A program made the translations under genes and the position numbers. Of a stretch of 64,000 nt of DNA, positions 1 through 19,133 are shown in pieces. The stretch's first letter is position 1, and each line of letters begins with the position of its first letter. The notes under the pieces were generated by a model. The model was not told the origin of the DNA and did not search any database. It was given only the letters and a program-made list of their open reading frames with translations. The stretch is from the human T2T-CHM13v2.0 reference genome, Homo sapiens: assembly GCF_009914755.1 (NCBI RefSeq), contig NC_060946.1, one strand, 5' to 3'.

Positions 1-3000
1 TCTGGAATCGTACGTGAGGGACAAACACTCAGAAACCAGCAGCAATTTTCTGGAATCCGCTCTGAGGTAGAAACATTCAGACCAGAGCAGAAGTGTTCTG
101 GAATCATATGTGAGTGCAAACACTCAGAATTCAGCAGCAGTGTTCTGGAATCCTATGTGAGAGTCAATCATTCAGACAAAATCTGGTATGATTTGGAATC
201 CTACGTGTGGGACAAACATTCAGACCCTCCTAGCATTGTTCTGGAATCCTCAGTGAGGGACAAACTTTCAGACGACAGCAGGAGTGTTCTGGAATCCTAT
301 GTGAAGGACCAAGATACAGACCATCGTAGCAGTGTTCTGGAATCCTATCTGAGGGAGAAACATTCAGACCACAGCCGGATTGTTCTGTAATCCTATGTGA
401 GGTAAAATCATTTAGACCCACGTAGCATTTCTCTGGAATCCTAAGTGAAGAAGACACATTCAGACCACAGGAGGAGTGTTCTGGAATCCTATGTGAGGGA
501 CAAACTTTCAGAACACAGCAGCACTGCTCTGGAATCCCATGTGAGGAACAAACATTCAGAACCTCGTAGCAGTGTTCTGGAATATTATGTGAGGGACAAA
601 CATTCAGACTCTCGTAGCAGAGTTCTGGAATCCTATGTGAAGGAGAAACATTCAGAAAAGAGAAGGAGTGTTCTGGAATCCTATCTGAGGGAGAAACATT
701 CAGAACCTTGTAGCAGTGTTCTGGAATCCTATGTGAGGGTGAAACAGAACCCAGTAGCAGTGTTCTGGAATCTCATTTGGGGGACAATCATTCAGACCAC
801 AGATGGCGTGTTCTATAATCCCATGTGTAGCACAAGCATTCAGACCCTCGTAGCACTGTTTTGGAGTCCAAAGTGAGGTACATATATTCAGACAACAGCA
901 GGAGAGTTCTGGAATCCTATGTGAGGGACAAAAATTTAGACCACAGCAGCAGTGTTTTGAAATCTTATGTGAGGGACCAAAATTGAGACACATGAAGCCG
1001 TGTTCTGGAATCTTATGTGAAGGACAGATATTCAGAACCCCGTAGCAGTGGTCTGGAATCCTTTGTGAGGGAGAAACACTCAGAACCCAGATGCAGTGTT
1101 CTGGAATCCTATATGAGGGACAGTCATTCAGACCACAGCTAGTGTGTTCTGGAATCCTGAGTGTGGGAGAAACATTCAGACCCTCGTAACACTGTTCAGA
1201 ATCTTATGTGAGGGAAAAGCTTTCAGACCACAGCAGCAGTGTTCTGGAATCCTCTGTGAGGGACAAACATTCAGACCACAGCAGCAGAGTTCTGGAATCC
1301 TAAGACAGGGACAAATATTCAGACCACAGCAGGAGAGTTCTGAAATCCTATGTGACAGACAAACATTCATACCCAAGTAGCAGTGTTGGAATCGTTCGTG
1401 AGGGACAAACACTAAGAAACCAACAGCAGTGTTCTATAATCATAAGTGAGGGACAAACATTCAGACGACAGCAGGAGTGTTCTGGAATCCTACGTGATGG
1501 AAAATAGTTCAGAACCTCGTAGCAGTGTTCTCGAATCCTATGTAATGGACAAACTTTCAGACCCTCGTAGCAGTGTTCTGGAATCCTAAGTAATGGACAA
1601 ACGTAGACCCACGTAGCAGTGTTCTGGAATCGTACTTGAGGAACAAACACTCAGAACCCAGCAGCAGTGTTCTGGAATCCTATCTGAGGGAGAAACATTC
1701 AGAACAGAGCAGGAGTGTTCTGGAATCCTATGTGAGGAAGAATCATTCAGACATTCGTAGCAGTGTTCTGGAATCCTATGTGAGGGAGAAACATTCAGAC
1801 CAGAGCAGGAGTGTTCTGGAATCCTATGTAAGGAACAATCATTCAGAACACTGCTGGGTTTTTCTGGAATCCTACATGTGGGACAAACATTCAGACAACA
1901 GCAGGAGTGTTCTGGGATCCTATGTGAGGGACAAACATTCAGACCACAACAGCAATGTTCTGGAATCCTGGGTGAGGAACAAACATTCAGAATCCTGTAG
2001 CAGTGTTCTGGAATCTTATGTGAGGGACAAACATTCAGACCACAGCAGGAGGGTTCTGGAATCCTATGTGAAGGACAAACATTTAGACACACGTTGTAGT
2101 GTTGTGGAATCATATGTGAGGGACAAACACTCAGAACCCAAAAGCAGTGTTCTGGAATCTTATGTGGTGGACAAATATTTAGACTCACGTAGCAGTGTTC
2201 TGGAATCGTACATGAGGGGCAAACTCTCAGAACACAGCAGCAGTGTTCTCAAATCCTATCTGAGGGAGAAACATTCAGACCAGAGCACGAGTGTTCTGGA
2301 GTGCTACGTGTGGTACAATCATTTAGACTCTCGTAGCAGTGTTCTGGAATCCTATGTGAGGGAGAAAATTCCAGACCCCAGCAACATTGTTCTGGAATCC
2401 TATGTGAGAGAGAAACATTCAGACCACAGCAGGAATATTCTGGAATCCTATGTGAGGGACAAACATTTAGACACATGTAGCAGTGTTCTGGAATCATAAG
2501 TGAGGGACAAACATTCAGACCAAAGCAGGAGTCTTCAGGAATCCTTTGTGAGGGACAAAATTCAGAACACAGCAGCAGTGTTCTGGAATCATATCTGAGG
2601 GACAAATTTTCAGAACGTCGTAGCAGTGTTCTGGAATCCTATAAGTGAGACAAACATTTAGACCCACGTAGCAGTGTTCTGGAATCTTACGTGGGGGACA
2701 AACATTCAGACAACAGCAGCAGTGTTCTGGAATCCTAAATGAGGGACAAACATTTAGACCAAAGCAGCAGTGCTCTGGAATCCTACAGGAGGGTCAAACA
2801 TTAAGACAAGAGCAGGAGTGTTCTAGAATCCTATGTGAGGGACAATCATTCAGACCACACTTGGGGTGTTCTTGAATCCTGCGTGTTGGACAAATATTCA
2901 GACCCTCGTAGCATCGCTCTGGAATCTTAATTGTGCGACAAACGTTCAAACAACAGTAGTAGTGTTCTGGAATCCTAAGTGAGGGACAAACATTCAGACC

Positions 3001-6000
3001 ACAGCAGTAATGTTCTGGAATATTACGTGACGGACAAATATTCAGACCACAGCTGGATTTTTCTGGAATCCTATGTGATTCCATTAGACCCACGTAGAAG
3101 TGTTCTGGAATCATACGTGAGGGACAAACACTCAGAACCCAAGAGCAGTGTGCTTCAATTCTAAATGATGGACAAATATTCAGAAGACCGGAGGAGTGTT
3201 CTGGAATCCTATGTGACGAAGAATAATTCAGAACCTCGTAGCAGTGTTCTCTAATCCTATGTGATGGACAATTTTCAGACGCTCTTAGCAATATTATAGA
3301 ATCCTATGTGATGGACAAACATTTAGACCCACTTAGCAGTGTTCTGGAATCGAACGTAAGGGACAAACACTCAGAACCCAGCAGCAGTGTTCTGGAATCC
3401 TAACTGAGGGATAAACATGTAGACCATAGCAGGAGTCTTCTGGAATCCTATGTGAGGAACAATCGTTCAGACCACAGCTGGGGTGTTCTGGAATCCTATG
3501 TGAGGGACAAACATTCAGACCTTCATAGCATTATTCTGGAATCCTAGGTGAGGGACAAACATTGAGACCACAGCAGGAGTGTTCTGGAATCCTAAATGAG
3601 GGACAAACATTCAGACCCTCGTAGCAGTGTTGTGGAATCTTATGTGAGGGACAAACATTCAGACCCTCATAACAGTGTTCTGGAATCCTAAGTGAGGGAC
3701 AATCACTCATAACCCAGCAGCAGTGTTCTGGAATCCTATGTGAGGGACAAACACTCAGACTTTCGCAGGAGTGTTGTGGAATCATTTGTGAGGGACAAAC
3801 ATTCAGAACACAGCAGCAGTGTTCTGGAATCCTAGTGGAGGGACAAACATACAGACCACAGCAGGAGTGTTCTGGAATCCTATGTGAGTGACTAACATTC
3901 AGACAGCAGTAGCAGTCTTCTGGAATCCTACGTGAGGGACAAACATTCAGACGAGAGCAGGAGTGTTCTGGAATCCTATGTGAGGGACAATCATTCAGAT
4001 CACAGCTGGGGTGTTCTGGAATCCTGCATGTTGGACAAACATTCAGACCCTCGTAGCATTGTTCTGGAATCCTAAGTGAGAGACAAACATTCAGACCACA
4101 GCATGAATGTTCTGGAATCCTATGTGAGTGACAAACTGTTAGACCCACGTAGCAGTGTTCGGGAATCGTATGTGAGGGACAAAAACTCAGAACCCAACAG
4201 CAGTGTTCTGGAATCTTAAGTGACGGACAAATATTCAGAGGACAGTAGGAGTGTTCTGGAATCCTATGTGACGGAGAATAATTCAGAACCTCGTAGCAGT
4301 GCTCTGGAATCCTATCTGATGAACAACTTTCAGACGCTTGTAACAATATTTTAGAATCCTATGTGATGGACAAACATTTAGACCCACTTAGCAGTGTTCT
4401 GGAAACGAACGTAAGGGACAAACACTCAGAACCCAGCAGCAGTGTACTAGAATCCTAACTGAGGGAGAAACATTAAGAATAGAGCAGGAGTGTTCTGGAA
4501 TCCTATGTGATGGAGAAAAATTCAGACCCCCCAGCACTGTTCTGAAATCCTATGTGATTGAGAAACGTTCAAATCACGGGAGCACTGTTCTGGTGTCCTA
4601 AGTGAGGGACAAGCATTGAGACCACAGCAGCAGTGTTCTGGAATCCTATGTGAGGGACAAACATTCAGACCCTCGTAGGAGTGTTCTGAAATCTTATGTG
4701 AGGGACAATCATTCAGACCCTATTAGCAATGTTCTGGAATCCTATTTGAGGGAGAAACACTCAGAACCCAGCAGCAGTGTTCTGGAATACTAAGTGATGG
4801 ACTAACATTCAGAACACACCAGCAGTGTTCTGCAATCCTATGTGAAGGACAAACATTTAGACCCATGTAGAAGTGTTCTGGAATCGTACGTGAAGAAAAA
4901 ACACTCAGAACCCAACAGCAGTGTTCTGGAATCTCAAGTGAGAGACGAACATTCTGAACACAGCAGGAGTGTTCTGGAATCCTATGTGACAGAGAATAAT
5001 TCAGAACCTCACAACCGTGTTATCGAATCCTATGTGACAGACAAACTTTCAGACCCTAGTAGCAGTGTTCTTGAATCCTATTTGAGGGACAAACACTGAG
5101 AATCCAGCAGCATGGTCCCGGAGTCCTATGGGAGGGACAAACCTTCAGACCACGGCAGCAGTGTTCTGGAATACTATGTGAAGGAGAAATGTTTAGACCC
5201 ACGTAGCAGAGTTCTGGAATCGTATGTGTGGGACAAACACTCAGAACCCAGCAGCAGTGTTCTGGAATCCTACTTGAGGGTGAAACATTCAAACCAGAGC
5301 AGGAAATTCCTGTAATCCTAAGTGAGGTACAATAAATCAGACCATCGTGGCAGTGTTCTGGAATCCAATGTGAGGGAGAAGCATGCAGAACCCAGCAGCA
5401 GTCTTCTGGAATCCTATGTGAGGGACAAATATTCAGACCACATCAGCAGTGTTCTGGAACACTATGTGAGGGACAAACAAGTAGACCCACGTGCAGTGTT
5501 CTGGAATCATAAGTGAGGGAGAAACACTCAGAATCCAGCAGCAGTGTTCTGGTGTTGTATCTGAGGGAGAAACATTCAGATCAGAGCAGGAATGTTCTGG
5601 AATCCTATGTGAGGTACAAACGATCAGACACCGGTAGCAGTCTTCTGGAATCCTATATGAGGGATAAACACTCAGATCCCAGCAGCAGTGTTCTGGAATC
5701 CTATTCGAGGGAGAAACATTCAGACCAGAGCAGGAGTGTTGTGGACGCCTATGTGAGTGACAAACACTCAGAGAAAAGGAGCAGTGTTCTGGAATCCTAT
5801 GTGAGTGACAAACACTCAGAGAAAAGGAGCAGTGTTCTGGAATCCTATGTGAGGGCCAATCATTCAGACCACAACTGGGTTGTTGTGGAATCCTACGTGT
5901 GGGACAAACATTCAGACCTTCATAGCATTGTTCTGGAATCCTACCTGAGGGACAAACATTCAGACCACAGCAGAAATGTTCTGGAATCCTATGTGATGGA

Positions 6001-9000
6001 CAAATATTCAGACCACAGCAGGAGTGTTCTGGAATCCTATGTGAGTTACAAAACTGTAGACCCACGTAGCAGTGTTCTGGAATCGTAAGTGAGGAACAAA
6101 CACTCAGAACCCAACAGCAGTGTGCTGGAATCCTAAGTGACGGACAAATATTCAGACAACAGGAGTGTTCTGGAATCCTATGTGACAGAGAATGATTCGG
6201 AACCTCGTACCAGTGTTCTGAAATCCTATTGTGATGGACACCTTTCAGACGCTTGTAGCAATATTCTAGAATCCTATGTGATGGACTAAAATTTAGACCC
6301 ACGTAGCAGTGTTCTGGAATCGAATATAAGGGACAAATACTCAGAACGCAGCAGTGTTCTGGAATCCTAACTGAGGGAGAAACATTCAGACGAGAGCAGG
6401 AGTGTTCTGGAATCCTATAGGAGGAACATTCATACCACAGCTGGGGTTTTCTGGAATCCCACGTGCAGGGCAAACATTGAGACCACAGTAGGAGTTTTCT
6501 GGAATCCTATGTGATGGAGAATAATTCAGAACCCCGTAGCACTGTTCTGGAATCCCATGTGATGGAGAAATGTTCAAACGACAGGAGCACTGTTCCTGTA
6601 TCCTAAGTGAGGGACAAGCATTCAGACCACAGCAGCAGTGTTCTGGAATCTTATGTGAGGGACAGACATTGAGACCCTCGTAGGAGTGTTCTGGAATCTT
6701 ATGTGAGGGATAAACATTCAGACCCTCGTAACATTGTTCCGGAATCCTAAGTGAGGGACAAACATACAGACCACAGCAGGAGTGTTCTGTAATCCTATGT
6801 GAGGGACAAACATTCAGACCACCAAAGGCGTGTTCTGGAATCCTATGTGAGGGACAAACATTCAGACCCTCGTAGTAGTGTTCTGGAATCTTTTGTGAGG
6901 GACAAACTTTCAGACCTCCATAGCAGTGTTCTGGAATCCTATGTGAGGGACAAACCTTCACACCACAGCATCAGTGTTCTGGAATACTATGTGATGGACA
7001 AACATTCAGACCCTCGTAGCAGTGTTCTGGAATCTTATGTGAGGGACAAACATTCAGACCCTTGTAGCATTGTTCCGGAATCCTAAGTGAGGGACAAACA
7101 TACAGACAACAGCAGGAGTGTTCTGCAATTCCATGTGAGGAACAAACACTCAGAACCCAACAGCAGTGTTCTGGAATCCTAAGTAAGGGACAAACATTCA
7201 GACCACAGCAGGAGTGTTCTGGAAGCCTATGTGTGGAGAATAATTCAGAACTTCGTAGCAGTGTTCTGGAATCCTATGTGATGTACAAACGTTCAGGCCA
7301 CAGCAACAGTGTTCTGGAATCCTATGTGAGGGACAAACATTCAGAACCTCATAGCAGTGTTCTGGAATCCTATGTGAGGGAAAAACATTCATACTCTCAT
7401 AGCAGTGTTCTGGAATCTTATGTGAGGGACAAACATTCAGACCTTTGTAGTAGAGATCTGGAATCCTATATAAGGGACACACACTCAGAACCCAACAGCA
7501 GTGTTTTGGAATCCTAAGTGAGGGACAAACATTCAGACCACAGCAGGAGTGTTCTGGAATCCTATGTGATGGACAACCTTTCAGACCCTCGTATCAGTGT
7601 TCTGGAATCCTATATGATGGACAAATACTTAGACACACGTAGCAGTGTTCTGGGATCGTATGTGAGGGACAAACACTCAGAAGCCAGCATCAGTGTTCTC
7701 GAATCCTATCTGAGGGAGAAACATTCAGACCAGTGCAGGAGTGTTTTGGAATCACATATCAGGGCAAATATTTAGACACACATAGTAGTGTTCTGGAATC
7801 GTATGTGAGAGACAAACACTCGCAACCCAACAGCAGTGTTCTGGAATCCTAAGTGAGGGACAAGCATTGAGACCACAGAAGGAGTGTTCTGAAATCCTAT
7901 GTAATGGACAAAGTTTCAGACCATCGTAGCAGTGGTCTGGAATCCTATGTGTGGGACAAACATTCAGACCCTCGTAGCAGTGTTCTGGAATCCTATGTGA
8001 GGGAGAAACACTCAGAACCCAGCAGCAGTGTTCTGGAATCCTATATGAGGGTCAATCATTCATGTCACAGCTGAGGTATTCTGGAATTCTACCTGTGGGA
8101 CAAACATTGAGACCTTTGTAACATTGTTCTGGAATGCTAAGTGAGGGACAAACATTCAGAACCCAGCAGGAGTGTTCTGGAATCCTATGTGAGGGACATA
8201 CATTCAGACCATAGCAGCAGTGTTCTGGAATCCTATGTGTGGGACAAACATTCAGACCCTCGTAGCAGTGTTCTGGAATCCTATGTGAGGGAGAAACACT
8301 CACAACCCAGCAGCAGTGTTCTGGAATCCTGTATGAGGAAAAAGCATTCAGACTACAGCAGCATTGTTCTGGAATAGTATGTGAGGGACAAACATTTAGA
8401 CCCACGTAGCAGTGTTCTGGAATCTTACGTGAGGGACAAACACTCAGAACACACCAGCAGTGTTCTGGTATCCTGAGGGACAAACAGTCAGACGACAGCA
8501 GGGCTGTTCTGGAATCATATGTGACGGGGAATAATTAAGAAACTCGTAGCAGTGTCTGAAATCCTATGTGATGGAAAAACTTTCAGACCCTCGTAACACT
8601 GTTCTGGAGTCCTATATAAGGGACAAACATTTAGACCCAAGTAGCAGTGTTCTGGAATCGTACGTGAGGGACAAACACTCAGAACCCAGTAACAGCGTTA
8701 TGGAATCCTATGTGAGGGTCAATCACTCAAACCACACCTGTGGTGTTCTGAAATCCTTCGTGTGACATAAACATTCAGACACTCGTAGCATTCTTTTGGA
8801 ATCCTCAGAGAGGGACAGACATTCAGACCACAGCAGGAGTGTTCTGGAATCATATGTGAGGGACAAACATTCACAGCAGAACAGTAGTGTTCTGGATTCC
8901 TATGTCAGGTACAAACATTCAGACCCTCATAGCAGTGTTCTGGAGTCCTATGTGGAGGAGAGACATTCAGACTCTCGTAGCAGTGTTCTGGAATCCTATG

Positions 9001-12000
9001 TGTGGGACAAACACTGCGAACCCAGCAGCAGTATTCTGGAATCCTATGTGAGGGAAATAACATTCAGAATACAGCAGGAGTGTTCTGGAATCCTATGTGT
9101 GGGAGAAATATTTAGACCCACGTAGCAGTGTTCTGGAATCGTAAGTGAGGGACAAACACTCAGAACCAAACAGGAGTGTTCTGGAATCCTATTTGAGGGA
9201 CAAATATTCAGACACTCATAGCAGTGTTCTGGAATTCTATGTGATGGACAAACTTTCAGAACTTTGTAGCAGCGTTCTGGAATCCTATGTGATGGACAAG
9301 CATTTAGACACACGTAGCAGTGTTCTTGGATCCTATGTGAGGGACAAACACTCAGAAGCCAGCAGCAGTGTTCTGGAATCCTATCTGAGGGAGAAATATT
9401 CAAACCAGAGCAGTAGTGTTATGGAATCCTATATGAGGTACAATCATTCAGATTCTCGAAGCAGTGTTCTGGAATCATATGTGAGGAGAAACACTCAGAA
9501 CCCAGCAGCAGTGTTCTGGAATCCTATGTGAGGGAGAGTCATTCAGATCACTGCTGGGGTGTTCTGGAATCCTACGTGTGGGACAAACATTCAGACCCTC
9601 GTAGTACTGTTATGGAATCCTAAGTGAGGAACAAACATTCAGTCCAAAGCAGTAGCGTTCTGGAATACTAAGTGAGTACAACATTCAGACAACAGCAGCA
9701 GTGTTCTGGAATCTTGTTTGAGGGACAAACTTTCAGATCCTCTTAGCAGCGTTCTCAAATCCCATATGTGGGGCAAACATTCTGTCCCACGTAGCAGTGT
9801 TCTGGAATAGTACGTGAGGGAAAAACCCTCAATCCCAGCAACAGTTTTCTGGAATCCTATATGAGGGACAAACATTCAGACCACAGCAGGAGTGTTCTGG
9901 AATCCTATGGGACGGACAAACATTTAGACCCACATAGCAGTGTTCTGGAATCTTACACGAGGGACTAAATCTCAGAACCCAACAGCAGTGATCTGGAATC
10001 CTAAGTAAGGGACAAACATTCAGAACACAGCAGGAGTGTTCTGAAATCCTATGTGACATAGAATAGTTCAGAACCTCGTAGCAGTGTTCTGGAATCCTAT
10101 GTGATGAACAAAAATTCAGACCACAGCAGCAGTGTTCTGGAATCCTAAATGAGGGATGAACATTCAGACAACTGCAGAAGTGTTCTGGAATCCTATGTTA
10201 GGGACAAACATTCAGACCACAGCATCAGTGTTCTGGAATCCTATGTGAGAGACAAACATTCAGAGCCTCGTAGCAGTGTTCTGGAGTCCTATGTGAGGGA
10301 CAAACATTTACACCCACCTAGCAGTGTTCTTGAAATGTACTTGAGGGACAAGCACTCAGAACCCAACAGCAGTGTTCTCAAATCCTAAACGAGGGACAAA
10401 CATTCACACCACAGCAGGAGTGTTCTGGAATCTTTTGTGATGAACAAAAATTCAGACCACAGCAGCAGTGTTCTGGAATAGCATGTGAGGTACAAACATT
10501 CAGACCCTTGTAGCTGTGTTTTGGAATCTTATGTGAAGGAGATACACTCAGAATCCACCAGCAGTGTTCTGGAATCCTATGTGAGGTACAAACATTCAGA
10601 TCACAGCAGGAGTGTTATGGAATCCTATGAGAGTTACAAACATTAAGACTCACGTAGCAGTGTTCTGGAATCGTAAGTGAGGGACAAACACTTAGAACCC
10701 AGCAGCAGTGTTCTGGAATCCTAAGTGAGGGACAATCATTCAAAGCACAGTAGGAGTGTTCTGGAATCCCATGAGAGGGAGAAACACATAAAATGCAGCA
10801 GCGGTATTCTGGAATCTTATGTGAGGGACAATCATTCAGACCACAGCTGGGGTGTTCTGGAATCCTACGTGTGGGACAAACATACAGACCCCCGTAGCAT
10901 TGTTCCAGAATCCTAAGTGAAGGACAAACATACAGACCACAGCAGGAGTGTTCTGGAATCCTATGTGAGGGACAAACACTCTGACCACAGCAGCAGTGTC
11001 CTGGAATCGTGGGTGAGGGACAAACATTCAGACCACAGCAGGAGTGTTCTGGAATCCTATGTGAGGGATAAACATTCAGACGAAAGCAGCAGTGTTGTGG
11101 AACCCTATCTGAGGGACAAACATTCAGACCCTCGTAGCAGTGTTCTGGAACCTTATGTGATGGACAAACATTCAGACCTTCGTAGCTGTGTTCTGGAATC
11201 CTATATGAGCGACAAACACTCGAAACCCAGCAGCAGTGTTCTGGAATCCTATGTGAGGCAAAAACATTCAGACCATCGTAACAGTGTTCTGGAATCTTTT
11301 GTTCGGGAGAAACATTCAGAACCTCGTAGCAGTGTACTGGAATCCTATGTGAGGGAAAAACATTCAGAACCCGGCAGCAATGTTCTGGAATCCTATGTGA
11401 GGGACAAAGATTTATTCCTACGTAGCAGTGTTCTTGAATCGTACGTGAGGGGCAAACACTCAGAACCCAACAGCAGTGTTCTGGAATCCTAAGTGGGGGA
11501 CAAAAATTCAGACCACAGCAGGAGTGTTGTAGAATCCTATACGATGGAGAATATTTCAGAACCCCTTAGAAGTGTTCTAGAATCCTATATGATGGACAAA
11601 TTTTCAGACTCTCTTAGCAGTGTTCTGGAATTCTGTGTTATGGACAATCATTTAGACCCACGTAGCATTGTTCTGGAATCTTACGTGAGGTACAAACACT
11701 CAGAAAACAGCAGCAGTGTTCTGGACACCTATCTGTGGGACAAATATTCAGACAACGGCATGATTTTTCTGGAATCTTATGTGAGGTACAATCATTCAGA
11801 CCCTCGTAGCAGTGTTCTCGAATCCTATGTGAGGCAGAAAAATTCAGACCAAAGCAGGAGTGTTCTAGAATCCTATGTGATGGAGAACAATTCAGAACCT
11901 CGTAGAATTGTTCTGGAATCCTATGTGATGGATAAACATACAGACCACATCATCAGTGTTCTGGAATCCTAAGTGTGGGACAAACATTCAGACCCTCGTA

Positions 12001-13278
12001 GCACTGTTCTGGAATCCTAAGTGAGGGACAAACATTCAGTCCACAGCAGGAGGGTTCTGGAATCCTAAGTGAGGACAACATTCAGACCACAGCAGCAGTG
12101 TTCTGGAATCCTATTTAAGGGACAAACTTTCAGATCCTCTTAGCAGTGTTCTCAAATCCTATATGAGGTACAAACACGCAGACCCACGTAGCCTTGTTCT
12201 GGAATCGTACGTGAGGGACAAATACTTAATCCCAGCAACAGTTTTCTGGAATCCTATCTGAGGGAAAAACATTCAGACTACAGCAGGAGTGTTGTGGAAT
12301 TCTATGTGACAGACAAATATTTAGACCCACATAGCAGTGTTCTGGAATCGTACTTGAGGGACAAAAACTCAGAACCCAAGAGCAGAGTTCTGGAATCCTA
12401 AGTGAGGGACAAACATTCAGACCACAACAGGAGTGTTCTAGAATTCTATGTGAGGGACAAACATACAGACCACAGCAGCAATGTTTTGGAATCCAATGTG
12501 AGAGACAAACATTCAGACCACAGCAGCAGTGTTCTGGAATCCTGGGTAAGGGACAAACATTCAGACCACAGCAGGAGTGTTCTGAAGTCCTATGTGAGGA
12601 ACAAACATTCAGACCCTCGTATCAGTGTTCCGGAATCTTGTGTGAGGGACAAACACTGAGAACCCAGCAGCAGTGTTCTGGAATCCAATGTGATGGACAA
12701 ACTTTCAGACATTCGTAGGAGTGTTCTGGAATCCTTTGTGAAGGACAAACACTTAGACCCACGTAACAGTGTCCTGGAATCGTACGTGACGGAAATCCAC
12801 TCAGAACCCAGCAGTAGTGTTCTGGAACCCTATCTGATGGAGAAATATTGAGACCGGAAGAGGAGTGTTGTGGAATCCTATGTGAGGTACAAACATTCAG
12901 GAACTCATAGCATTGTTCTGGAATCCTATGTGATTGAGAAACACTCAGAACCCAGTAGCAGTGTTCTGGAATCCTATGTGAGGACAATCATTCATACCAC
13001 ATCTTGGGTGTTCTGGAATCTTAAGTGAGGGACAAACATTCAGACCACAGCAGCCGTGTTCTGGAATAAAATGTGAGGGACAAACATTCAGACCACAGCA
13101 AGATTGTTCTGGAATCCTATGTGAAGGACAAACATTTAGACCCACATATCAGTGTTCTGTAATCGTACGTGAGGGACAAACACTCAGAACCCAGCAGCAG
13201 TGTTCTGGAATCCTGTCTGAGGGAGAAACATTCAGACCAGGTCAGGAATGTTCTGGAATCCTAGGTGAGGGACAATCA
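1..13278. repeat. CER (D22Z3-type) 48-bp centromeric satellite array
   Basis: Continuous diverged tandem 48-mers, consensus about GTGTTCTGGAATCCTATGTGAGGGACAAACATTCAGACCACAGCAGCA. The array runs off the left edge. The family name is recalled from the CER consensus. Confidence 0.9.
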
Positions 13279-13350
13279 GTGAGGGCGGTGGTGGATTCCA
13301 GAACAAAGCTTCCTGTGTCTAAATGTTGTGCCCTCACAATCCTAAGTGAG

Positions 13351-17592
<4,242 letters not shown>

Positions 17593-17689
17593 AATTCCCT
17601 CATAACTGTCAAATATCGTATTAGGAAAAAAAATTAAGAGTATGTCTTCCATGCTCAGGTACCCTGTTTGAAATTAGTTAAGACCCATC

Positions 17690-17980
17690 TGCCCGGTGTG
17701 GTGGCTAACACCTGTAATTTCACACTTTGAAAGGTGGAGGATGGGGGATCACTTGAGCTCAGGAGTTAAAGACAAGCCTGCTCAACGTAACAAAACCTCA
17801 TCTCTGCCAAAAATACAAATATTATCCAGTTGTGGTAGTGTGCAACTGTGGTCCCAGCTACTTGGGAGGCTGAGGTGGGAGAATCGCTGGAGCACAGAAT
17901 ATCAAAGCTGTAGTAAGCCACAGCACCCCAGCCAGAATGACAGGGAAACGGACCCTGTCTAAGAAATAAAAATAAATAAA
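17690..17980 (+). mobile_element. Old Alu (AluJ-like)
   Basis: Degenerate GCCCGGTGTGGTGGCTAACACCTGTAAT...dimer with A-rich tail. Confidence 0.85.
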
Positions 17981-18183
17981 GTGACCCATTCTTTCAGACA
18001 CGCTTCTTCTTCTACATAAAACACAGGGCTTTTGACTGAAATGTTTTAAGATGAACCGAAGATTCTCCCATGATCAAGAGCAGTAGATAGGGGTTGCTCA
18101 CTTCCTGCTCTTTGAGTTGAAGCAAGGCAGAGGCCTGGAGACTCAAACTGATAAATATATTCATTGCCTTCTTTTCATATGTT

Positions 18184-18567
18184 GTATTAAGCTATTATTG
18201 CGTTGCTATTTCAAAAATCTGAGTCTGGGTAATGTATAAGAAAAGGGTTTGATTGGCTCATGGTTATGCAGGCTGTACAGGAAACATAGCACCAGCGTCG
18301 GCCTCTGGGAAGGCCTCGGGAAGCTCACAATTATGATGAAAGAAGAGCAGGCATCTCACATGATAAAAGCAGGAGCAAGAAAAATGAGGGAGGGATGGGC
18401 CATACTTCTAAACAACCAGATCTCATGAGTACTCACTATCACAAGGATGGCACAGAGCCATGAGGGCCACACCCCATGATTCAACCACCTCTTCCTCAGG
18501 CCCCACCTGCCACATTGGAGTTTAAAATTCAATATGAGAGTTAGAGGAGCATCTAAACTACATCACA
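18184..18567 (+). mobile_element. MaLR LTR (MST-like)
   Basis: GATTGGCTCATGGTTATGCAGGCTGTACAGGAAACATAG...CCCCATGATTCAAACCACCT...AGGCCCCACCT motifs typical of MST/THE1 LTRs. Confidence 0.75.
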
Positions 18568-18834
18568 TGACCATCAGAAAAACAGATGAAGAATTCATGG
18601 TTTGTACTGTCCAGAAACTTTCCATCTAGTACAAACGGCTTAATGGCTGAATTCAGCATCCTGTGGTAGGATGGGAGAAGGGAGCTGCACAGGGGACATT
18701 GGCTGCATTTGCTCCACTTCCCTTATGCTGTTCCTCTGAGTTCTGATGTCACCACCTGAAGGGCTATTCATGGACAGAAGAATTATTGTTATTGTTGTGG
18801 TTATTTCTGTTTCTTTTATCTTGGTAAAAATAAG

Positions 18835-19133
18835 TTTTGTTTTTCTTTTTTTGAGACAGAGTCTCACTCTGTCGCCCAGGCTGGAGTGCAGTGGCACAAT
18901 ATCAACTCACCACAAGCTCCGCCTCCCAGGCTGATGCCATTCTCCTGCCTCAGCCTCCCAAGTAGCTGAGACGACAGGCACCGACAACCACACCCAGCTA
19001 ATTTTTTGTATTTTTAGTAGAGACGGGGTTTCACCATGTTAGCCAGGATGGTCTTGATTTCCTGACCTCGTGATTCGCCTGCCTTGGCCTCCCAACATAC
19101 TCGGATTACAGGCATGAGCCACTGCGCCTGGCA
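18835..19133 (-). mobile_element. Alu (AluY/Sc-like)
   Basis: Poly-T followed by GAGACAGAGTCTCACTCTGTCGCCCAGGCTGG...CAAGCTCCGCCTCC. Confidence 0.9.

Noticed and set aside
157-13145. Long ORFs (up to 346 aa) with SSVLESYVRDKHS or Cys/His-rich RIPEHCC repeats that mimic zinc-finger or repeat proteins
   Set aside because: Artefact of a 48-bp (16-codon) satellite. Open on both strands, random stops, no proper C2H2 spacing.
1-13278. CRISPR-like appearance (conserved GTGTTCTGGAATCC with variable intervals)
   Set aside because: The intervals are homologous to each other, not unique spacers. This is primate satellite with no cas genes.
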